Source: the human T2T-CHM13v2.0 reference genome, Homo sapiens. From it: a DNA stretch of 64,000 bases. The stretch covers positions 31,456,001 through 31,520,000 of the forward strand of contig CP068257.2 of the NCBI GenBank assembly GCA_009914755.4, read 5' to 3'. Below the pieces are notes generated by a model. It was given only the letters and a program-made list of their open reading frames with translations, did no database searches and was not told the DNA's origin. The stretch's first letter is position 1. Every line of letters starts with the position of its first letter. Both the position numbers and the translations under genes were made by a program. Positions 1 to 17,065 of this stretch are shown here, piece after piece.

Positions 1-2287
1 CATGACAAATGCAGATTTTGAATTTCTCTAGAAAAATTAGAAGACATGGCCGCACCGGCCCAGCTTCCACATGGCCCAGTAAGTTAGAGCTGAGGGAGGA
101 TAACCGCCTCGGGCCTCGGTCTCCTCTATTCCCTTCTGCACTACCCCAGCCCACCTCAGCTGCTCTCCGACATTCTAGGTTTGTGATTCACACTTGAAAT
201 AAGCAAGCTGACCTGTGCCAAGAGCTCCAGTCCCTTTAAACTCTGCTTCTGTCTTCAAGTAGCTTACAAAATCGTGCCCAGATTAATGGATAAATAAATA
301 GTATGAGTTACAAATGCCAAAATAATACAGACAGATACCAAAAGCCCAATCCTCGCTTTAATTTTGTCACTGATTTCTGAAGCAACGCTGTTTTGCTAAA
401 CTGTAAACATGGGCTGTCACTCTAACATTTAAATTCTTCTTTATTTTTTATTCTTTGTTGATTTAACAGGCGTCAGCATTGAAACAAATTCATAAAGTCA
501 GTCTTGGATCTTATTTACTGAGGTTTCCATTTCAAAGAAACCTGGAATACTCAGATTTATCTTGGCTGGCAGAAGGTGATGGAGGCTTGCGGGGGTTGTT
601 GGGAGAGTGGATATAAAAATCATGAGTCCTTTTTTTTTGAAAAGCAAAATATGGGGCTCCCTCAAGCCACTGCACAATGATCTCAACCCCATCAATAAGG
701 GTGATCATCGAAGCTCCTTCCTGATTTGGGAGCCTGTATTCAGGGAATTACCCTGGGAATATTCACAACGGGCTCAGCCAGGAATAGCTGGAATACTTCC
801 CAGGGGGCGGGAGAGCCATGATGCCAAGTCTCAGACTCTCTTTGACGATGCTATTTTTTCCTCTCAAATTACATCATTTCTAATCATTTCCCATAGGCTT
901 TCTAGATTTAAAAAGAAGGAGAAAAAGGAGGGAATTTGGAGGCCGTGAGGACATTAGTATCCATTTTCTAATTTTTATTTTTCAACTATCACCCTTTTAA
1001 CATGAGATCCCAATGCTGCCTTCCCGTCTGACCTGGAGACATACAGGGACCACAGACACAAGGCCTGAAAAATCAGTCGCTTCAGTTTGGAGGGGCAGCT
1101 CCGGTAGAAAAGATACCTCCGCTTCAAAACCCAATGGGCCTCAAACTTCTTAGCTCGCTTCCTAAAGTCAGCACAGTGCTCACAGTTGGCCTGTGGGCCT
1201 GCACAGTAATCCCATAAACACACGCATGTTTGTCCTAAAGACTGAACATCTCCTCAGGCCACCTGTGGCGGGAGCTTCCATAGCAGCTCTCTGCAGGTCC
1301 ATAGCAGGGCCATAGTGAGAAGCGGCCTGCCAGGAGACTTTCTGATTCCATCTTGAGCTGTCACATGGGGTTCCAGCCGCACAACCCCTATAAGAGCATG
1401 CCAGGCTCCCTGTGGGCCCAGGGACAGTTTCCTTTAGGGAAGCAGGTATTATTTATATCATCAAAGCAGACTAGATTATGCAATGTCATTTCAAATTGGC
1501 ATAAACAGATTCATGATAGCACAAGGTTATCTGTTGAAAATAATCTTCGAGTTTGGTAGAAGTGAAGGGTTTCAACCGTGTGTTTCAACCGTTGTTAGAC
1601 TGTTTGGCTGAATGAAATATGTGACTAATGCCTATACCTAGCTGGCTTCTCCATCTTCCAGCGGGAGCTGGGGAACCTCTCAAAAAAGTAGACATATGAC
1701 CTGTATTAGTCACGGTTCTCTAGAGGGACAGGACGAATAGGATAGATGTATATATGAAGGGGAGTTTATTAAAGGGAATTGACTCATGAGATCACAAGGT
1801 GAAGTCCCACAACAGGCCATCTGCAAGCTGGGGAACAAGGAAGCCAGTCCAAGTCCCAAAACCTCAAAAATAGGGAAGCTGACAGTGCAGGCTTCAGTCT
1901 GTGGCTGAAAGCCCAAGAGCCCCTGGCAAACCACTGGTGTAAGCCCAAGAGCCCAAAAGCTGAAGGACTTGGAGTCCAGTGTTTGAGGGCAGGAAGCATC
2001 CAGCATGGGAGAAAGATGAAGGCCGGAAGACTCAGCCACTCTAGTCCTTCTAACTTCTCCTGCCTGCTTTATGCTAGCCTCCCTGGCAGCTGATTAGATA
2101 GATGGTGCCCACCCAGATTAAGGGTGGGTCTGCCTCTCCCAGTCCATGGACTCAAATGATAATCTCCTTTGGCAACAGCCTCACAGACACACCCAGAACA
2201 ATACTTTGCATCCTTCAATCCAGTCAAGTTGACATTCAGTATTAACCATCACACTACCCAATACATGTGTTGCATTCTGCTGAGTGC

Positions 2288-2610
<323 letters not shown>

Positions 2611-3629
2611 TGATTAACATTTATCAGTCTGGTGAGCAAAATCCCTGTAGGATAGGATATCAAAAACACAGAAATTCCCAATCCCCACCCGTGGCTAGTC
2701 ACCCAAGACCAACCCCCTCAACTTGCCCCCAAGCTTGCTCTATTTCCCCCTTCTTCCCTCAGGCACTGCATTTGCCAACACCGCACTTGCCACTCTCCTG
2801 CCTTCACAGCTGCTCACACTGCCACTCTTTCCGCCATCCAGTCAGCCTCCCTGTGCCCCCTTTGTCCCTCCAAAAGAGTCCTACAAACTCTTCAGACTTG
2901 GCTCCAATGCCGGCCCCATGCCTCTCTGACCACTTAGGCAGAGGCAACCTCCCTCTCCCTTGCATGTCCTCCAGGGCAGGGGTGAGATCTCACTTCACCT
3001 TGCACCCTCCAGGGACCCTGAAAATAGGGCAGACCCTGGATAAACATGGGGAGGAGAGAGGGAGATAGCAGGGGAAGGAAGATAAGGCAGGACAGAGGAT
3101 GCAGTGAGAAAGACAGAGAGGAAGGCAGGTTATTAGAGTCAGGTAGCAGAATGCGATCTTAATCTAACTGCTTCAATTGTGTATTCAAATAGAAAACAAG
3201 ACCATTCCAAAAAGTAAACTCCTTCCCAGATCTCTGAAGAATTTATATAATGGAATTGAAACTTTGAGAACACAATGCCAATAGCTCCTCTGGCTACCAA
3301 TCTTATGCTGTGAAATAAATAAATGATGTGAGGGCTTTGCTTAGGGATACCCAGGGCTACAAAATGCAAAAGAAATGTGCATTTCAAACACAGGAAAGGC
3401 CAGTTCCACAGGCCATATGGGTGCCCGAGGAAGCTCTAGTCTTCTTATTTTATGAACATATAATTCATCTTTCTATTTCCTGGCATCTGCTCTTATTTCA
3501 TTAAGATATTCACTCTTTGGCTTCTCTCTCCCAGGAATTAGAGGTGAAGGATAGGCCATGCCTGAACTAAAACAAACACTTTGTGGAGCTTGCCCCACTC
3601 AATCCATTTAAAATCAACTCCTACTATAG

Positions 3630-4038
<409 letters not shown>

Positions 4039-4127
4039 TAGTTTTAGCATTTTTCTTCTATTTTTCAGCACAACTTTAAAACATTCCTCTTTTATACTTG
4101 GCAAAATGCTTTAGAAACCTTTTCTTA

Positions 4128-4463
<336 letters not shown>

Positions 4464-4758
4464 TCAATAAGGTAGCAGAACCATCATCATGTATAGATAA
4501 TTCAGATACATTCAATTGTAATAAATTCACACAGGCTTCAAGCTCGAAAGTATCCTGGAATTGAGAGCCCAGCAACACAGCAGTAATATGGGCAGTAACA
4601 AGTCCCAGCTCTGCATGAAGAAGTGAAGAGCCTGATGTAACTTACACAAGCTTTGATCTTGTGTGTGTATCTTGAACATGTGATAATTCACAGCAGTAAT
4701 GTGATTTTGAGCCACTAAATGACAATGTGTGATTGCTTCTTTTTTTTCCTCCTATTGA

Positions 4759-5043
<285 letters not shown>

Positions 5044-6623
5044 CCTTATTTTTTATTTTGATCGTCTTTCTGCCAGGTCCTGGGAGGCTTTTTGGGGTGC
5101 TGGTGTCTGTGTTGATTCCCCCACTCCTGTACACACCCGTCTGCTTGCGTGGGATCCACTGGGTAGTGTCACAGTTGACCAGACAGAACTTTCTAATCAG
5201 TTTTCCAAAGCCGTGATGAGGGTTTGGTGTTTTCTTCTGAGAATCTCACTTTCACAGTGTTTCCCCCACCAAATGCAGTGAAATTCAGCGTCTTTTTTTG
5301 GTTTTGTTTTTGTTTTTTTCTGAAGCTCTTGGAAAACAGCACTCAGGAAACGCACCAACTGGGCAACCTCTATCTTACCCACTAATCCTACCTTTGAGGA
5401 TCTTTCCTGAGGAAATAATAAGGCATGTTACCTAGTTACACCCTTTATAATAGGAAAATATATATAAAATGAAAAAATATACAAAGGAAAAAATAATATA
5501 ATGAGAAAAAATCACAGTACCTTTTATAATAGGAAATAGCTGGAAACAACCTAAATATCCAAAAATGTAAGATAGTATCAAATAATTAAGATAAAGTCAT
5601 AGGATAAAATTCTATGCCACCCCCTGGGGTGAAATTTTATAAGAATATTAAATGTTAGAGGAAAATGATTCTAATATCAGTGAAAAAGTAAATTATAAAG
5701 CAGTGTGATTCCAAATACCTAACTACTTGTTGACAGTGGTTATCTCTGAGTGGTTGTGTAAGAATGCTTTATGTTTGCTTCTTTTGTTCTATATACATTT
5801 TCTAAAATTTCTTTAATGAAAACATTCTATCTTCAATGTAATGTTTAAAAAGAGAAGCTGGAAATGATAATGCCTGGACTCCCTTTGCTCACATTCAGAA
5901 TCTCCTTTGCAAAGGCCAGACCCAGGCTCACGGCTGATGCCGCCAAAGGTGTTCAGTAGACCCTGGCATGGATACCGGGGCAGGTTCCTGGCTGGCGACG
6001 GGGTGCCCCTGGGTAAAGCTCCCCTCCAGAGGGTGCCCCCATGACCAGGGCTTTGCTGGAAGCAGCCTTCTGATGAGACGCTACCAGATTAGACAGACAC
6101 TTCCTGATTAGACACTGTATTTTACCTGGAACCTAACTGATTGGACGGTCATACTTATTATCTTAGTTTCTTCTTTTAAAAAATGATAATAAGAATATTT
6201 AGTGACATAGAAAAATGTTTATTTACATGGTGAAGGAAGCAGATTAAGAAAATGTACACTCCTAATTATATATAATATATATAATGATAAATTAATGTGT
6301 TTCTTAGTTCTGACAAATGTATTGTAGTTAGGTAAGCTGTTAACAATAGGGAAAACTGGGTGAGGAGTATAGGGGAGCTCTCTGAACTATTTTTGCAACA
6401 TTTCTGTAAACTTAAAATTATTCCAAAATAAAAGGTTTATTTTAAAATAAGGGAACTTATTCACTGTAGGGCACACATTTCTCAGGGCCTCAATTATTTA
6501 ACATTTAATTTAATAAAACACTTTGGAAATCCAAAAAAATTACGTATGTATTTTTATCTGTATTACAAGTCTATTCACATGTAAGTTATAGAAGAAAGCT
6601 ATTCTAGAAAATACACCAAAACA

Positions 6624-7004
<381 letters not shown>

Positions 7005-8419
7005 TTAAGATTTTCCTATAAGAAAACTCTTCTATAATTATTACCTATATAATTCTGTAGTATATACATTATATTATATAATATATAAAAATAAAATTAC
7101 TTTTATGAGATTGCTTTTAAAATCAGAAAAAATTTAAAATAGCCACGTGGATTTTCCAAGAGTCCCACCAGCAGCTGTGAGGCTGAGAGTGTGTAAAGCC
7201 GGGCAAAGCTATTGGCAGGAGGAGGCAGCTATGCACGGGCTCTGGGTATCGTTCACACTGGAGGTACTATATGTGCTTAATATGGACTAGGCATGAGCAG
7301 CTAATAGTGCTTTTAGAACCACAAAGTCAAATTGATAATGATAGCATTCCTAATTTAGCACAATGAAAAGCCTGGTAACTATTGCCCGAGCTAATGAATG
7401 GGTAAGAGAAAGAAAAGCTTCTTTTCTTTTGTAAAGCTTAACATTAAAATTAGCTGCATCTGTTACCTTTGGTGCAAAAAGCAAAGACGGAAGAAACCCT
7501 GTTCCAGTTGGTATTTTGCCTCTGAGATCTTTATGCCTGAGCTCTTCAAGTCGCAGATAACAGTGAAGGCCCTAAGACTCACCATCCAAAACAGTTTTGG
7601 AAAAAAACCAAAGAAGAGAAAATAATTTCAAACCTTAAAGCAATGCATGGTGATTCTCTGGGGGGTCTAAGAATTTCTCCCAGAGAAATGATAAGGCAGA
7701 CAAATGGAAGATCAATGAAGCAACATCGTGGCAATAATGCAATTGGTCCTGCCGTAGTCATGAACATGTAAATAACAAGACAGCAATAAGAAGACCCCAG
7801 ACTCTGCCTAGAAACAAAATATTCAGCCTGTTGTTGTTGTTTCTTATTGCAGGATTTTGAGTGGAAAAGTAGTTCCACTTGTCAATCAGCTACGTTGCAG
7901 GGGCTAATAGATTCTGGTGTTTAGGGAGGTCAACACGGAATTTAATTTAACATCTCACAATACACCCACATGCCCAGAAAATGTGGACAGCTTGATAGGG
8001 TTCACTGAGCCAAAGAAGCAAGACCCAAACAGTGCATTAATGTATAGGGGAAGAATAGTTGCAATCAGCCCCTTGTGAATTGGACAGAGGGCTTGGAGAT
8101 GAAGCAATTATCAGCCATCGGGGATTAATAGTAAAGTGTGAATACCAAGCTGTATATGTTAGGGGCAGAATATGTTGCCTATAGAAAACAACAAAGGACG
8201 TTTCTTACTATTAAGTGAGATTAAACGTAATGGCCTGATTTAATCACAAAGGCAGAATTAAATTCAGATGGCAACTTCAAAGTGGACACAGGAACACAGG
8301 CCACTGCTTACATTTACATATAGCTGGCATAGCTTGGCCTGCAACACAATAGGATAAAGTTTCTTTGGCCACTTAAACAATTTTCTATTCTTCACCTTTT
8401 TCTTTTTTTCTTTTTTTTT

Positions 8420-8423
<4 letters not shown>

Positions 8424-8452
<29 letters not shown>
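8424..8452. repeat. (GT)n microsatellite, about 14 units, preceded by a poly-pyrimidine (T/C) tract at 8396-8423
   Basis: tgtgtgtgtgtgtgtgtgtgtgtgtgtg read directly. Confidence 0.95.
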
Positions 8453-8455
<3 letters not shown>

Positions 8456-9276
8456 CACTCACTGTATTTATTCCCCAATTGCATTTAGTTAGTAAGAAGG
8501 AGCTAAGTGTTATATTTATTCATGGAGGCTATAACTGTTAATTCTTCCAAATTGTGAAAAAAAAGCCTCATAGGGTCAATAAGAACAGAGTAGTTATAAT
8601 CAGATTGTCACCAAAAAAGAAAAAGAAGAAAAACAATTAAACAAAACAAACAAAACTTTCTAGAGTGAACAGTGTCTTCTAACTTTCTCTCCCTTCAACT
8701 TAAGAATTCAGCTCTTGAGGTCTAAACTTCGCTCCCGGGAAAGGCAGCTTTCCCCCTCCTCGGGTGGAGATTTATGCCACCATCATGGAGCCCAGCCGAG
8801 CTGTTTTTCAATACAAGCCAGTTCCTCTTTCCTTCTTTGTTAATGAAGGCTTGTTTCCTTCTTTGCTCCCCACCGAAAAGGCAGTTCTCCTAAGAGGTTT
8901 GGGGGATAGAAGCCTGTTGCAGGGTTTAGAGGGGTTGAGGCACTTACTGAGAGTGGGTCCCCAGGGAATTTCCAGTACCCACAGGTTGAATGTAAAAATT
9001 AAGTATAGTAACTAAAAGACATGCTGGCCTCTGTCCAATGCCCAAGGACTGAATACATCTAAACTTTTCGGGTCCATAAAAGTCCCTTGCAAATTTTATG
9101 TATTTCTAGTTTATAATAGATAATGTATTATATATTATATACATTATATATTATATAAATGATTAATGAGCCCACCCTTTGAACCTACAATCTTTCTTCA
9201 AATAATTTATTCTTCGTAGGCATAGCAAAAGAGCTTAAAGATCTTTGTATCAGGACATTCATCACAAAGTTTCTCA

Positions 9277-9884
<608 letters not shown>

Positions 9885-10988
9885 AGTTTCTTTTAATATT
9901 AAAACCAAATAGGAATTAGCTAAAATGACTATCCTTATGGGATAAGCTTAACAAACTTTGCTATGAACTTATAATGAAATACTATGCAATCATTATAATG
10001 ATCTGAATTTGAAATAATCTGAAATGATTTGAAATAATGATCTGGAGCTTTAGTTGATTAGAGAGACAGATACAGAAAGAAGCCTATAGCAATTTGTAGA
10101 ATTCAATGTGTAAAAAGAGAAATGTTTGAGAAAATGTCAGCCAAATGTTAACAGTATTTTTCTCCAAATGGTGGGACTTGGTTGATTTTTATTTTTTCCT
10201 TGGTACTAACTGACTTTTTTTTTTTTTTTTTTTTTACAATTAACACAAATTGCTTTTACAATAAAATCTCTATTTTATTTTTTTAAAAAAATTTTTTGAG
10301 AGGCTTTGGTGAGCATTTGGGAAATGACTTTAAAGGGAGAAGATGGGATTTTTCTGAGGCCAAAATGAAGGAAAAGGTATCATAAATCTTTGGTGTTTGG
10401 GCCTCTGCAAGACAGGCATCTCACCCCGTCCTGATGAGCCTGGGTCCCGGGACCACTTGCTTCTGCAACTTGCCTTTTCTCAAAGTCCTACTTTTGGGTT
10501 TAAAGCATTTCTCTTCCTTTTTTGTCATTGCCTTCTTGCGTTGACAGAGATTTTCTGAGTTTGATTTGCCCCTTGAAAAGAATAGATTGATCATCTGTAA
10601 AGACGTTGCAATCAGATGTCAAACCAATCCAATCGAGGAAAAAGGCTGGGAGAGGTGAGTTTGTGAGGGAGAGGTAGAGCATGGATCAACTCCTCTGTCA
10701 CCAGACAAAGCTAATGTGCAATGGCCTGTGGCTTTCTTTTGAGCGATTCACTAATCAATGTAAATGCAGGCTCTAAGGTCGGACAAGCTGAAGTGTCTGG
10801 GGGCCTTGGTAACTTGCCCAACATCCAGTGTGACCAAGAAAAATACTCCCCAACGATAGCCTTCTAGGTTTGCACCGTATCATTATGACACTTAAAACGA
10901 GACTTTTTGATTTCAGTTGATTGCAAATTGCCCGTCTACGTTCTTAGAAGACTGAGGAGGATGTATGAGACGAAGATTTAAAAAACGC

Positions 10989-11121
10989 AGCTGGGTGCGA
11001 TGGCTCACTCCTGTAATCCTAGCGGTTTGGGAGGCCGAGGCGTGTGGATTGCCTGAGCTCAGGAATTCGAGACCAGCCTGGACAACATGGTGAAACCCCA
11101 TCTCTACTAAAATGCAAAAAA
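10989..11121 (+). mobile_element. Alu left-monomer-only element (FLAM-like or truncated Alu)
   Basis: GCTGGGTGCGATGGCTCACTCCTGTAATCC..GACAACATGGTGAAACCCCATCTCTACTAAAATGCAAAAAATT, with no right monomer. Abuts the next Alu. Confidence 0.8.
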
Positions 11122-11124
11122 TTC

Positions 11125-11426
<302 letters not shown>

Positions 11427-11816
11427 CCCGTGAGTTCACTAAGGGTTGCCTGAAACAGCAGAAGGGCCCAGGTTTCTTATTTACCAGAAATGGAAGTGAT
11501 ACTAACCAGAGTTCCACACGTGCCTTCAGTATGTGCTTCTTGGGGCACCCTTGGGCAGAGGGGTCCTCCTGGTGATGATGCAATGAGACCACACTCTCGG
11601 GGCACGAATGGCAACTGCACAAAGTTGAGGCATCTGCACTCACACGGGGACTTATTCTGCCCATTCCCTTAGCACCAAATTAGAAAGAAAAAGATTGCCC
11701 CCTGCAAAACAACTTGCTAGATTATTCCAAGGCAGGATAAGGCACAGAAAATATGCCATGTCTGCCTTTCATCACCTTAGGTAGGAGGAGAGCAAACTCC
11801 AGTTCCTTTCTTGGCC

Positions 11817-12089
11817 CTTTTTTTAGACGGAGTCTCGCTCTGTTGCCCACACTGATCACCGATCACTGCAACCTCCGCCTCCTAGGTTCAAGTGATTTTT
11901 CCCCTCTCAGCCTCCCTGAGTAGCTGGGATTACAGGCGCTCGCCACCACGCCCAGCTAATTTTTCTATTTTTAGTAGAGACGGGGTTTCACCATGTTGGC
12001 CAGGCTGGTCGAACTCCTGACCTCAGGTGATCCACCCGCCTCGGCCTCTGAACGTGCTGGGATTACAGGCGTGAGCCACCGCACCAGCC
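11817..12089 (-). mobile_element. Alu with internal deletion of about 30 bp
   Basis: TTTTTAGACGGAGTCTCGCTCTGTTGCCCACACTGATCACCGATCACTGCAACCTCC.. lacks GGCTGGAGTGCAGTGGCGCGATCTCGGCT. TSD-like TCTTGGCCCTTTTT / TCTTAGCCCTTTTT. Confidence 0.9.
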
Positions 12090-12284
12090 TCTTAGCCCTT
12101 TTTGAAGTTATTTCTTGAAGGTGGATGTGTACGTCAGGTCAGACTTCCTCTCTTAAACAACCTACCCTCGGCTTCTAGGAAGGCAGCAATTGCTTCATTT
12201 TCAAGCAAACAGAAGAGAAATACAGAACATTCCTAGGGTCTTTTACAATCACACAAAATATAAATGAGCATTTTAAAAACTTTT

Positions 12285-12700
12285 ATTTCTAATTTTTGTG
12301 GGTACATAATAGGTGTATATATGGATTACATAAGATATTTTGATACAGGCCTGCAATGCATAATAATTACATCAGGGTAAATAGGGTATCCATTTATCCT
12401 TTGTGTTATAAACAATCCAATTATACTCTTTTATTTAAAAACATACAATTAAATTATTCTTTACTGTAGCCATCCTGATGTGATAGCAAATACTAGGTCT
12501 TATTTATTCTAATATTTGTACCCATTAACTATTCCCCCTTCCCTACTCTCCCAAATGAGCATATTTTTAAAACATTTACTGTTTCTTTCTGATTATAAAA
12601 GACATGCAGGTTCATATCAAATTCAAATACATACTGAAATAGAAAAAGAAACTCTATGTCATGTATAACCCACCTCCCAGGGATAATGACTGTGAACAGT
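12285..12700 (+). mobile_element. LINE-1 fragment (older primate L1, ORF2-3'/3'UTR-like segment)
   Basis: TTTTGTGGGTACATAATAGGTGTATATATGGATTACATAAGATATTTTGATACAGGCCTGCAATGCATAATAATTACATCAGGGTAAATAGGGTATCCAT.. matches a well-known L1 internal segment as I recall it. The extent is approximate. Confidence 0.55.
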
Positions 12701-13024
12701 GAGTAGTGCTTCCTTCCCGTTGTTTATTCTACACATATATAATCGAACACACAACTCAATTTTTCACGTAGCTGGAATTATATGGGCTGTATTATTCCAT
12801 TTCCTTTCCCTTAGTTTTAATATTCCATCAGAGCATCAGGAAATGCAAGGCTCTGAGGAATTCTGAGAATAGTAATAATCATAGTAGGAGTAATGCAGTC
12901 AGTAGTAGCACTCTAGTTTGTATTTATTGTAGTCTGGATTCCACATAGGGCTTTTCTCCAGGGAGCTGAAGGTATTTTATATTTCCTTCCTAATAGACCT
13001 GGAACAAGGAAAACTATGCGACTA

Positions 13025-13720
<696 letters not shown>

Positions 13721-14673
13721 AATGCTGTCATCCGTGTCCGCTCACAGAAAGAGCAGGAAGCCCAATTGCCCCACACAAAGGCCTGAAGTGCTCGTGTGAA
13801 AGGTCACTAAGTGCTGTCATCTGGGCCAGGGAGGGGGCCGAGAAGGCGGCGCCCACTGAGAACAACAGAACCAGGGGCAGGATCTTCACCTCGGCCTGTG
13901 GCCTGGGGTGTCCAGAGAGAGAGAAAGACTCAAGTGGGAGCTGAAGGGACTTGGGAGCGAGGACGCCGGAGGGATGAGAGGCGCCTGGGCCGGTTCCTTA
14001 GGCAACCAGTGGCCCGTGGGCCTCCATAACTCTGCCCAGAGGCTGACAGCTCCCATTCATCCCCCAGGCCGGGCAGGTGGCAGGGCGGCCTGAAAGGAGC
14101 GGGGAAGCAGGAGGACAGGTCCCAGAAGAAGCCCCTGGGACGCTCCAGGCTCTGCGGGGAGGCCCCATCCTCCAGCCTCCTGCTAGGGGGATGGGAGGTC
14201 AGCAGGCTGTTTGTGGAACCCCAAGAAACACAGTTTAATGATAGCAAAAACTACTAAGCATACTATTTAGTGTCAAATTAGATGCCGTTTAATGTCACAT
14301 TTGAGTTTATAAATGTGGCCACGACTACAAAGATTTAAGAAAACAGAGCTTGGAAGTAAAACTGAGCAAGAAAAAAGCCGGGGGGGTGGGGGCTGTTTCC
14401 TTGCCCTCAACAGTCTCAGTGAGCTGGGGGCAAAGACCACAGCCATCCATTTTTCATTAGGACACTTGAGTGTGGCCCAAAGGACGCCAGGGCTCTGGCA
14501 GGACATAATTTAGGAACTGCGGAAGACAGAGCCCCAGCGCAGTTCTCTGCTATCTTGAGGCATGCTGTGCAGTTTCAAATATGGGTCTGAAAATCAAATA
14601 GCGATCTTGAGGTCTTGGGCAATTTATTTAAACTCTCAGTGCCTTGGTTTCCCACCAGTAAAAAAAGGGTTCT

Positions 14674-14954
14674 TGGCTGGGCATGGTAGCTCAAGCCTGT
14701 AATCCCAGCACTTTGGGAGGCCGAGGCGGGCAGATCACGAGGTCAGGAGATCAAGACCATCCTGGCTAACACGGTGAAGTCCCGTCTCTACTAAAAATAT
14801 GAAAAATTAGCCGGGTGTGGTGACATGCACCTGTAGTCCCAGCTACTCAGGAGGCTGAGGCAGGAGAATGCTGGAACCCGGGAGGCGGAGGTTGCAGTGA
14901 GCCGAGATCATGCCACTGCACTCTAGCCTGGGCGACAGAGTGAGACTCCACCTC

Positions 14955-15001
<47 letters not shown>
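14674..15001 (+). mobile_element. Alu (AluY/Sc-like) with long A/GAAA tail
   Basis: GGCTGGGCATGGTAGCTCAAGCCTGTAATCCC..CACGAGGTCAGGAGATCAAGACCATCCTGGCTAACACGGTGAAG.. to tail (A)n(GAAAA)n ending about 15001. Confidence 0.93.
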
Positions 15002-15672
15002 GCAGGGGGTTCTTTTGAAGATTAAGTGTTTTACTACCCATAAAAACTTAGAACAGCACCACATAAAACAGTCAATAAGTGCTAATTATCATCATTTTCA
15101 TCATCTTCATCCTCATTATCATCACCCTGGCTGGTGAAATTATTGGTGAATTTAATTTAGTTCTTTACATTTTTTATTGCCTAAAGCATCTACAATGATC
15201 ATGTATTATTATTACAATGAGAAAAGATGGAACTTTTTTAGAGAAAGAAAACAGCCCTGATGCTGCCTTCCACAACCCCGGGGGGAAGAGAGAGCAGAGA
15301 GATGAAGTCACAAAAGGGAAGGGCCACTCTCCAACCGAAATTCGCCTTCTTTGTAACTAGAAAAAGGTGGAGGTGAAGGTTGGGGTTTTTTCTCCCCCCA
15401 TCTTAGCACACAGAGAAACATGACTTTTGCAGAGCATACAGACCTGGCTTCAGGCTGAGGACGGGGTGACTGACTGTCCCAGTTGGCTTGGATGTGGGAC
15501 TTTGAGTGCAAGTCGATCACTGGAGTTGAGGGAGCAGGTTTTCAGGCACACCTGTGACCCCTCCGGGACACACCAGCTGGAGCTCTAAAATTTTTGCTTT
15601 TCGGCCCAAGATTTAAACCATACCCACAAAGCTAGGCAGGAAGCACTCTCAGTGCTCTAGGGATGAGTTTTA

Positions 15673-16039
<367 letters not shown>

Positions 16040-16610
16040 TCAAGTCTATTCCTGGTCCTTTCTATAGAAGATCAACCTTGCTCTTAAGACAAAGCAACAT
16101 CCTTGGAAACCCTGGCAATGTACTATTCTCTGTGTTGTGGTTTCTAAAAGGACGCTGTCACCAAAGGCACACATAATGGAGTCCCCGGGAAGCTGCACTG
16201 AGCACCCAGAGCCGGGTGGTCCAAAGAAATGCCTTTTCAGCACCTCTGAAATGAATGACGCCCCATGAAGGAGAATGGCAATGAAGAGGTAGGAGCAGCT
16301 TGGGAATTTAGAGCAGAAATCGCAAACAAATTTTACAGAGAAGCAATGTGGGAGCAGTTTTGACTGATCCCTCCAGGAAATCTCCAGGAGCGGGCAGTAG
16401 CTATTTTGTTCCAGTTGCAACTGAATTTGCCCAAGGTCACATAGCTAGGAAACCGGGAGCCAGGAGACAGCAGGGACTTCAGGCCACAGGCCACAGCCTC
16501 TCTCAAAGGAAGCATGGCTTAGGGTTGAAGAACCACCCCAAAAGCAGGGAAGTGGGGAGCAGGAAGGGTGCTGCCCCACAAGCTATAGGAGAGGGTGCCA
16601 TGGAAAGGGC

Positions 16611-17065
16611 TGTGTATCCGTTTCCTTTGACTGCCATAACAAAGTACCATAAATTTGGTAGCTTACACAACACAAATGTATTCTCTCACAGTTCTAGAAG
16701 CGCAAATTGCAGAAGGCAGGGCCTCTTTCCCTCCGAAGGCTCTAGGGGAGGATGCTTCCTTTTCTCTTCCAGCTTCTGGAAGTGGATCCTGGCATTCCTT
16801 GGCTTGTGGCCACATCACTCCAATCTCTGCCTCCACCTTCACAGGGCTTTCTTCTCTTCTCCCTGTGTCTCTCTTCTGTGTATATCTTATGAAGACAATT
16901 ATCACTGGACTTAGAGCCCAACTGGATGATCCGGGAGGATCTCATCTTGAGATGTTTAACTTGCTTATCTCTGCATTATTTTTTCCAAATGAGGGCGCAT
17001 TCACAGGTTCCAGAGGTTGAGACAGGGACATGTCTTTCTGGAAGCCACCATTTCACCCATTATAG
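16611..17065 (+). mobile_element. Ancient mammalian interspersed repeat (MER-class; exact family not resolved)
   Basis: Characteristic ..CTGCCATAACAAAGTACCATAAATTTGGTAGCTTACACAACACAAATGTATTCTCTCACAGTTCTAGAAG..TTCCTTGGCTTGTGGCCACATCACTCCAATCTCTGCCTC..CATCTTGAGATGTTTAACTTGCTTATCTCTGCA..ATTCACAGGTTCCAGAGGTTGAGACAGGGACAT..TTTCACCCATTATAGC. I recognise this as a very common mammalian repeat consensus but cannot name the family. Confidence 0.6.

Noticed and set aside
5400-5820. AT-rich segment with weak similarity to an L1 3' region (..GGAAACAACCTAAATATCCAAAAATG..)
   Set aside because: The similarity is too weak to call by eye. It may be a degenerate LINE fragment or simply AT-rich unique DNA.
7055-9160. 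Two similar (TATAT/ATTATAT) low-complexity stretches at about 7055-7100 and about 9118-9160 that looked like a dispersed repeat pair
   Set aside because: Both are simple AT-dinucleotide low-complexity sequence. The resemblance is compositional, not a duplicated element.
16348-16914. 188-aa plus-strand ORF
   Set aside because: It overlaps the ancient MER-class repeat at 16611-17065 and a 121-aa ORF in another frame. There is no support for coding.
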